DNA of 64,000 nucleotides from a virus (Duplodnaviria; Caudoviricetes): IMG/VR virus record IMGVR_UViG_3300009103_000025, positions 1,500 to 65,499 of that record; one strand, 5' to 3'. Shown piece by piece: positions 57,909 to 64,000 of this stretch (position 1 is its first letter; each line of letters starts with the position of its first letter). The notes under the pieces were generated by a model. It saw only the letters and a program-made list of their open reading frames with translations, ran no database searches and was not told where the DNA came from. The position numbers and the translations under genes were made by a program.

Positions 57909-58424
57909 TCATTTACCTTCACCCCATACAGCACTACCATCTTTTTTACCAGCCATGTAATGCATTGCAAGACTTAATGCTGAAAACTTAGCTATTGCGT
58001 GATTATTTGATTTTTTACCAAAATCACTATCTAAGTCAACAGTAACACCTCTTCTAGTTGGTACGTTATTTTCATAGTCATCTGCCATGAACCACGCAAC
58101 CAAAGAAATGTATTTGCACATAGCTCTCAAGTCTTTATCAGTTACTTTGTATTTTTTCTTAAAAAATACTGCCATATCTACCCAGTATTGTCTCCAATCC
58201 ATTAACTTATCAATCTGTTTATTAACAGATTTATTTGTTAATTTATGTTTAGCACAATACTCAACAAAGTCTAAAGAATTCTCAAGTAAATAACCATGAA
58301 TTTCATCTTCAAGTTCACTTGAATCAAATCCTTCAGGCATTTTGCGTGCCATCTTGTATTTGTAAATAGGCTTTAACATATCTTTCAATGCCTTTTCACT
58401 AGCTAGTCCATAATATCCAGTCAT
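57909..58424 (-). CDS. Hypothetical early protein
   Basis: 171 aa; ATG 40 nt from its promoter. Confidence 0.75.
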   Translation of the reverse strand: MTGYYGLASEKALKDMLKPIYKYKMARKMPEGFDSSELEDEIHGYLLENSLDFVEYCAKHKLTNKSVNKQIDKLMDWRQYWVDMAVFFKKKYKVTDKDLRAMCKYISLVAWFMADDYENNVPTRRGVTVDLDSDFGKKSNNHAIAKFSALSLAMHYMAGKKDGSAVWGEGK

Positions 58425-58512
58425 TAATATTATATTCTTTTAATTGTTATTAAGTCTTCCTAACCATAATAGGGGTATAAAAGCGTATTGTTATGACTTA
58501 AAAAAAGAGGGT

Positions 58513-58860
58513 TTAAGACACAAATAACATTCTCATAGTTATAGGGTCTCGTTCACGGTCAAATGTACTTATACTATTGAACTCAAAGCCTAACTCAGCC
58601 ATGTGATTTAATAACTTAGTTATTCTATGTCCACCAATAGATAGTGCATTGTAACAATCATCGTACTTTGAGGTATCAGATTCTACTTTTTTACCAGTGA
58701 CATGACATGATGCAAAATATTGATTGTCAATTTCTTTACATTCAACTTCAATGTCATTAGGCAATATTATAGTAGATTCCATCATTGAATCCATCATATT
58801 CTCGACATATTTTTCAAAGTCTTCATTGAATTCATTCCCAGTCATCTTTATTTCCTCCAT
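58513..58860 (-). CDS. Hypothetical early protein (start uncertain)
   Basis: Followed by a T-tract terminator. Confidence 0.65.
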   Translation of the reverse strand: MEEIKMTGNEFNEDFEKYVENMMDSMMESTIILPNDIEVECKEIDNQYFASCHVTGKKVESDTSKYDDCYNALSIGGHRITKLLNHMAELGFEFNSISTFDRERDPITMRMLFVS

Positions 58861-59437
58861 AGTGGTTTATAAAAACATCAATCATATCTTCTTGTTCACC
58901 AAGGTAAAAACCAAAACATGAATCTTCATGTTCAAGGTGTTCTTCATTGTGGTCACATTTTGACTTATTGTATAGAATATATCCATACACATTACCCTCA
59001 AGATATTCAGCATATGTTTTTACTTCTTGAATTAAAGACTGTCTAGCTTCTTCAAGCATTTTTTTAGTAAGTCTTTTCTTCATTGGCATTCGTTTCATAC
59101 CATCCCATCCAGTATTACAGTCTAGAATTTTTTCTCTAGTTGCATAAATCATACCTACACATCCAGAGTCCCATCTATCAGCGTAATCACCAGTGGACAT
59201 AGTAATTCCTCCATGGTCATATAGATATAATGGCATGTGAATTACTGGTTTTTCTTCTCTGAGTATTTCATTCAATTCTTCAGCTGATTCTACCATATCA
59301 TCACCTAATGTGTATCTTTTATGTGAGCATATCATAGTGCCCATATTATCCCATTGTCTAGGTGACTCAGCATCATCATCTGTATGAATTTCTAGTACTT
59401 GATTTGTTTTTTCGTTTTCGAATGTTTCTACTAACAT
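58832..59437 (-). CDS. Conserved-type phage early protein
   Basis: SPR.WDN.G, PLYLYDHGG, WDSG.VG, G.VYGY and DSC.GFY motifs recalled from uncharacterised phage/mobile-element proteins. Confidence 0.75.
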   Translation of the reverse strand: MLVETFENEKTNQVLEIHTDDDAESPRQWDNMGTMICSHKRYTLGDDMVESAEELNEILREEKPVIHMPLYLYDHGGITMSTGDYADRWDSGCVGMIYATREKILDCNTGWDGMKRMPMKKRLTKKMLEEARQSLIQEVKTYAEYLEGNVYGYILYNKSKCDHNEEHLEHEDSCFGFYLGEQEDMIDVFINHYGGNKDDWE

Positions 59438-59524
59438 TAAATAGTATTATATTTTATTTTATTTAAGGCTTACTAACCAAAACAAGGGTTAATAAGCGTA
59501 TTGTTTTAGGTAAAAAAAAGAGAG

Positions 59525-60010
59525 TTACAAACACGTGTCTGCACGCATTTGTGATATGGATTCAGGTGTAGGTAATGAAGGCAAATCATGAATATCTGTT
59601 CTAATCAACATTTCTGTACCTTTTAACATAGTGTTATCATAGTCGATTCCATTCAATTCTTCTATATTCCACTGCATTTGAGTGTTTATTTCAAAGATTT
59701 GATTTGTACCAAAGTCAAGAATGTACACATATTCACTACCGTAGATATTTCTAGCTTCATCAAATGTCTTACATACTTTAGGTGAAATACCTAATCCAGC
59801 TGTTTCATCAGCATGTTCTCTGTAATTGTCAGACTTGTACCAATATGCAAAATTTGCACATGCATACTCAAAGTCATGATTTCTTGACATATTAAATGCT
59901 AGAAAATCAACTAATTCTGGCACTGTTGTTTCTGGATATCCATCCCAGTGTTTATAGAACTGAACCTCATTTTTATCCATTTTAAAGATAATGAGACATC
60001 TAGTAGCCAT
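59525..60010 (-). CDS. Conserved-type phage early protein (YxHWDGYP)
   Basis: MATRC...FYKHWDGYPE...EYVY. Confidence 0.75.
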   Translation of the reverse strand: MATRCLIIFKMDKNEVQFYKHWDGYPETTVPELVDFLAFNMSRNHDFEYACANFAYWYKSDNYREHADETAGLGISPKVCKTFDEARNIYGSEYVYILDFGTNQIFEINTQMQWNIEELNGIDYDNTMLKGTEMLIRTDIHDLPSLPTPESISQMRADTCL

Positions 60011-60212
60011 AAGGATTTTCCTCCAATAATTCAGTCAATGCTTTGTATGTAGGGTCATCTTCCATGAAATGAGGAGCCAATTCTTTATGAATTCTTCTTA
60101 TCTCATTCCAACAATCCTTACCAGTCATATTTTCTGGTCTGGCTATAATATCAAATTGTTTAGCCAATCCCAAAATAATATCTTTTGGTATTTGATAGTT
60201 TTCCATTGTCAT
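60000..60212 (-). CDS. Hypothetical early protein
   Basis: ATG 40 nt from its promoter. Confidence 0.65.
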   Translation of the reverse strand: MTMENYQIPKDIILGLAKQFDIIARPENMTGKDCWNEIRRIHKELAPHFMEDDPTYKALTELLEENPYGY

Positions 60213-60299
60213 TATATATTATTTATTTTATTTCTTATTAAGTCTTACTAACCAAAATAGGGGTTATTAAGCGTTGATTTATTGAACAAAAAAAAGGGT

Positions 60300-60620
60300 T
60301 TAAGGAGTGAGCCATGAGTCTTCATCGACAATAACACCAAAATCATCAGCGTCTGCGCTTCTCATGTCTTCAAGATTACCACAGTCTTTTGAAACGGTGT
60401 CTATTGTTTCTAACTCTTTCAGCATTCCCTTAATAGATGCATGTTGCATCGTACAAGAGTTTTTTAATCCTCTATTGTCCCAAAGTCGTTTAATCTTGGA
60501 TTCGAGTTCATAAATATCAAAGTCATTAACAGCATCTAATGCCTCAATAATGTCTTCAATTTCTTCCTTAACTTCATCCAAGAGTTCATTAAACTCTTCT
60601 GGGTTTAGTTGTTTGGTCAT
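60300..60620 (-). CDS. Acidic hypothetical early protein
   Basis: 106 aa; ATGA coupling. Confidence 0.7.
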   Translation of the reverse strand: MTKQLNPEEFNELLDEVKEEIEDIIEALDAVNDFDIYELESKIKRLWDNRGLKNSCTMQHASIKGMLKELETIDTVSKDCGNLEDMRSADADDFGVIVDEDSWLTP

Positions 60621-60769
60621 GTTAAATCTTCCTCATTTACATAATGGGTTTTAGGTGTACCCTCCCATTCTTCTACAAATTTTTCCAAATCTGCATATGT
60701 ATAAGGAACGTGGTCATCTGGTAAATGACGCTCTATAGCATTTAACATTGCTTTTAGTCCTTCGAACAT
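60617..60769 (-). CDS. 50-aa hypothetical early protein
   Basis: Hand translation MFEGLKAMLNAIERHLPDDH...; ATG 39 nt from its promoter. Confidence 0.65.
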   Translation of the reverse strand: MFEGLKAMLNAIERHLPDDHVPYTYADLEKFVEEWEGTPKTHYVNEEDLT

Positions 60770-60855
60770 AATATATTATTTTTTTTATTTTATTTAAAAG
60801 TTACTAACCAAAAAAGGGGTTTATAAGCGTATTGTTTAGGGTCAAAAAAAGAGAG

Positions 60856-61041
60856 TTAGAAATCAATTCCAGCTTCAAGTAATGCATCATCTGAGTCTAA
60901 GCCATTCATAACTAATCGGTCATAACGTGCCCATTTTGATTCTGGTTTTTTGGCTTGTACAGCATCCCAGCAGTCAAAACATAAGCCATCACAACCATCA
61001 AAGTCTTCAGCCTGTTTTTTGCATCTAGTACAATCAGTCAT
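60856..61041 (-). CDS. Small zinc-finger protein
   Basis: CTRC...LCFDC. Confidence 0.65.
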   Translation of the reverse strand: MTDCTRCKKQAEDFDGCDGLCFDCWDAVQAKKPESKWARYDRLVMNGLDSDDALLEAGIDF

Positions 61042-61043
61042 TT

Positions 61044-61148
61044 TTACTCATTCCTCATATCTTTAGGTATGCTACATGGACATAAATTAACACAACAGAA
61101 TGGTCTATGATGATAAAGTTTATGTCCACATTCAATACAATCAGTCAT
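61044..61148 (-). CDS. 34-aa Cys-rich mini-protein
   Basis: MTDCIECGHKLYHHRPFCCVNLCPC; ATG 40 nt from its promoter. Confidence 0.6.
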   Translation of the reverse strand: MTDCIECGHKLYHHRPFCCVNLCPCSIPKDMRNE

Positions 61149-61239
61149 TAAATAAGGTATCATGTATTAACTATTAAGGCTTACTAACCAAAATAGGGGT
61201 ATAAAAGCGTAGTGTTTGGGGGTAAAAAAAGAGAGTGTT

Positions 61240-61494
61240 TTAATCCTCAAGTTCTTTTGCTTCATCAATTTGTCTATCAATGCTGGCTACAATATCCTCA
61301 ACGTCTGGAATCTCTTCTCCGAAAACGTTTGGGATGTATTCAGTCAACATGTCAACAAACATAGTGCGCATGCTCTTGAGTTCATCATTGGACAATTCTT
61401 CAAAGTCATTATCATGCTCTTCAAAGTGTCCCATGGCTTCATACAATGCTCCAGCAGTATTCTGAAACATGCAATAACTCATGTTATAACCCAT
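61240..61494 (-). CDS. Acidic early protein (MSYC.F.NT type)
   Basis: Monocistronic unit with promoter and terminator. Confidence 0.75.
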   Translation of the reverse strand: MGYNMSYCMFQNTAGALYEAMGHFEEHDNDFEELSNDELKSMRTMFVDMLTEYIPNVFGEEIPDVEDIVASIDRQIDEAKELED

Positions 61495-61602
61495 ACTAAC
61501 CCTATCATTGAATCATTATTAAGGCTTACTAACCAGAATTAGACTCAAGAGGGGTTAATAAGCGTATACTTTGAAGGCAAATAAAAAAGGAGTTGGATTT
61601 AC

Positions 61603-61872
61603 CTAAGTGTGATATGGTAAATCTTGGATTCGACGGTTTAACCCTGCATAGTCACCATCACCAAAGTTATGATGATAGTAGAGTCCTAAAGTGTCAAACA
61701 TACTTTGGAGTGCATCATTGAACTCAAAGTGATTGACACTGAAATCATGCAATACATAGTATGCACTGGTCTCAGCATCTGGGTCATCGTCTAAGATATC
61801 TTGAAGTTGTTCAATTCCAGCCTCAAAGCATTTTTGAAGTTCTTCAAGTGTTTCTCTAACGTTTTCATCCAT
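61603..61872 (-). CDS. Acidic early protein
   Basis: Monocistronic unit. Confidence 0.7.
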   Translation of the reverse strand: MDENVRETLEELQKCFEAGIEQLQDILDDDPDAETSAYYVLHDFSVNHFEFNDALQSMFDTLGLYYHHNFGDGDYAGLNRRIQDLPYHT

Positions 61873-62003
61873 TACATATATGAGGTTGTAAGATGTATAA
61901 AAGACTTCCTAACAGTTAACTAAAAGAGAGAAATACCCCACACCCCAAAGAGAGAAAACAGGGGTTAATAAGCGTTAGGCTTACGCACAAATAAAAAAGG
62001 GGT

Positions 62004-62312
62004 CTAATCCTCATCATCGGATTCAATCATAGACTCAATTAAGTCTCTAACATCATCCTCAAAGTCCTCTCGACGACTATCTGCATAATCAACCATGCCA
62101 CAACGGTACGCAGTAGGGTCACACTCCTTTAAAACCTCAGAAGGGTTAAAGGTCATGCTTCCTATCTCACATGGAGGATAACAGTCATCAAGCATGTCAT
62201 CATACTCGGATTCTTCAATAGCCTCAACCTGAGCTTCAATCTCAGCCTCAACTAATGAGTCAAGATTTTCCTCAGTAACAGGCTCATTGATATCCAGTAT
62301 TAAATCAACCAT
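62004..62312 (-). CDS. Highly acidic early protein (DP.AYRCG type)
   Basis: Start MVDLILD 40 nt from its promoter; very D/E-rich. Confidence 0.75.
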   Translation of the reverse strand: MVDLILDINEPVTEENLDSLVEAEIEAQVEAIEESEYDDMLDDCYPPCEIGSMTFNPSEVLKECDPTAYRCGMVDYADSRREDFEDDVRDLIESMIESDDED

Positions 62313-62409
62313 AGTAATAATAAACACATACTAGAATAAAACCATTACTAACTGTCATATATTACGTGATTTTGTTTCATAAAATACCTTGCTACGAGCG
62401 ACGCCACAT

Positions 62410-62632
62410 GGGGTATTTAAGCCTTGTTATTCTTTTATTACTACAGTTTATTTTTATTTTTTTTATTTTTTTTCTGGGCTAGAAATAGGGGTATAAAAGC
62501 GTTACTAACCATCAGCCACACAATAAGGGGTTAATAAGCGTATCGTTGTTTTGTGGACTTAGACAAATTCAGCATCTAATATATGAGTTATAGGGGTTAT
62601 TAAGCGTATCGCAAATTGGGGTATAAAAGCGT
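62410..62632. repeat. Cluster of five GGGGTWWWWAAGCST boxes plus a poly-T tract
   Basis: Boxes at 62410, 62488, 62527, 62593 and 62618; T-rich run at about 62447-62473. Confidence 0.8.
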
Positions 62633-62659
62633 TATGTCTGGGTCAAAATAAAAAAGGGC

Positions 62660-62962
62660 TTAGATAAATTGAGATTCCATTGGAACCTTAACCCATCCAT
62701 TAACAGGCATAGGAACACCATTTAAACAAGGCTCGCCTTTGACATTATGAACACTAACGCCACTTAGTGCATTAAGTCTGGCTTTGGTTGTTTGGGTATT
62801 CCAGCCACACAAATTAACGTATAGCTGCCCATCATCAAATTTAGCAATAGCGTTACCATGTAGATATAAAACACGGTCGCCAGTTGCGCAAGTATTACCC
62901 ATAGATAGCTTAAAGCCGTTTTCGAAGGCTTGAGCCATTAGGGTTGAGACTTTGTTTGACAT
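62660..62962 (-). CDS. Conserved-type phage early protein
   Basis: LHGN.IA...GW.T.TTK.RLNAL motif. Confidence 0.75.
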   Translation of the reverse strand: MSNKVSTLMAQAFENGFKLSMGNTCATGDRVLYLHGNAIAKFDDGQLYVNLCGWNTQTTKARLNALSGVSVHNVKGEPCLNGVPMPVNGWVKVPMESQFI

Positions 62963-63100
62963 ACTATAAGGAATGCAGTATCATATATAAGAAGTACTAA
63001 CAAGCAACGCTTATTAAGCCCAATACACCCAAATCCTAGAGATTAGCCCTAATAGGGGTACTTAAGCGTTGCCACTGGGTGCAATAAAAAAAGTGTCCCA

Positions 63101-63352
63101 TCAATAGCCGTAGCTACTTTTGAGATATGCCAGATGAGCTGCGTAAGCCTTTTCAAAGGAAGATTGCTCTTCCTTATCCATGTTACGTTCGTTCATGTCT
63201 GGACTCAACAAGTCAGCACAAAGGCACTCGTTTTCTAACGGAATGTCTTCAGCCTCATTATTGAGGGTCTTTCCACAATGTGAACAGATTCCCTGCTCGC
63301 ATTCTGGTAAGTCGTAAAGAACGGACATAAATAAAGTAGACCGTAATGACAT
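63101..63352 (-). CDS. Hypothetical zinc-binding protein (start uncertain)
   Basis: CSHCG...CLC. Confidence 0.55.
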   Translation of the reverse strand: MSLRSTLFMSVLYDLPECEQGICSHCGKTLNNEAEDIPLENECLCADLLSPDMNERNMDKEEQSSFEKAYAAHLAYLKSSYGY

Positions 63353-63475
63353 ATAAGCACTCCTATCATGTATAAGACATAACGTTTAATAACCCCATAA
63401 TCAACACATCATCTAGAATAGCCACGTATTGGGGTATTAAAGCGTATAGGTTGGGTCGATAAAAAAAGGAGGACA

Positions 63476-63547
63476 TTAATCCTCTGTCCATTCACACCAT
63501 TTGCTAATTGCAGAATCTAGGTCTTCAAAGACTTTGTTCCAATCCAT
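63476..63547 (-). CDS. 23-aa peptide
   Basis: MDWNKVFEDLDSAISKWCEWTED; TAATG coupling, then a T-tract. Confidence 0.4.
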   Translation of the reverse strand: MDWNKVFEDLDSAISKWCEWTED

Positions 63548-63858
63548 TAGAATTCGAACTCCCTTTGAATAACCTCTGGCTCGTCACTATGTCGGATTTC
63601 AATTCCGATGTGACCTCCAAGCTTTTGGTATTCTCTTTGAGTGGATATCATCAAGTTTTCAATGACCCTTAACTCAAATCTAATCTCCAATAGCTCTTTG
63701 ATATCCTCAGCATCTAACACCCTAAGTGAAGTAATACTATCGTAAAACTCGCCCTCTGGGTATTTGGCTTCAATCTCAGCCCTTCTGGTTTTTAGTTGGT
63801 GTCTTCGTTTGCGAACTGCTGTTTCAGTTGCTTCAACTAATGCTTTCAACATTGTCAT
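63547..63858 (-). CDS. Hypothetical early protein
   Basis: ATG 40 nt from GTTAGTATAGGTTATATAT. Confidence 0.7.
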   Translation of the reverse strand: MTMLKALVEATETAVRKRRHQLKTRRAEIEAKYPEGEFYDSITSLRVLDAEDIKELLEIRFELRVIENLMISTQREYQKLGGHIGIEIRHSDEPEVIQREFEF

Positions 63859-64000
63859 TACTAAGTCTAAACAGGCATCATATATAACCTATACTAACAA
63901 CAATAATGATAGTAACACCTATATACTCTCGAAACAATTCCACAGTGTAGAGGAATCACAAACCACGTTCTAGGCGCACATGGAGAAAATTCAATTTTTT

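Larger units (their letters stand above)
54015..63898 (-). repeat. Dispersed intergenic repeat unit: T-tract, box A, GTTAGTAA promoter
   Basis: Units at about 54015-54095, 57703-57762, 58448-58506, 59461-59519, 60236-60295, 60791-60850, 61172-61230, 61517-61588, 61896-61998 and 62984-63092. Confidence 0.85.

Noticed and set aside
62410-62632. Possible mini-CRISPR array
   Set aside because: Repeats are only 15 bp and degenerate, and the gaps are irregular (about 63, 24, 51 and 10 bp)
1-64000. Integrated provirus or cellular DNA; amoC auxiliary gene
   Set aside because: No integrase, att site or host housekeeping flank recognised; no ORF resembles AmoC

Overview
The window is most of the genome of an AT-rich tailed archaeal virus (class Caudoviricetes). 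A tail tube and tape measure without a sheath gene point to siphovirus morphology. The host is most plausibly a marine Nitrososphaeria (thaumarchaeote). This is inferred from the archaeal MCM and RadA, the TATA-box promoters sitting about 28-30 nt before start codons, and the T-tract terminators. Layout: head module 1.3-9.4 kb; neck and tail 9.4-17.6 kb, with a -1 frameshift in the tail chaperone; fibre module 17.7-31.7 kb, including a 3020-aa repeat protein; Cas4-like nuclease, TGT-like protein and terminase 32.6-37 kb; disordered putative head proteins 37-40 kb; replication and recombination genes 40-49 kb; a MoxR AAA/VWA pair 51-54 kb; and a leftward early region at 54-64 kb built from repeated terminator/box/promoter units. 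The most notable unannotated signals are three rod-shaped structured RNA candidates with promoter-like sites, a second repeated box (GGGGTWWWWAAGCGT) that clusters in a gene-free stretch at 62.4-62.6 kb, and a strictly 20-aa-periodic giant protein. No DNA polymerase, integrase, tRNA, CRISPR array or amoC was recognised. All functional calls come from motif recognition by eye; no database search was run.
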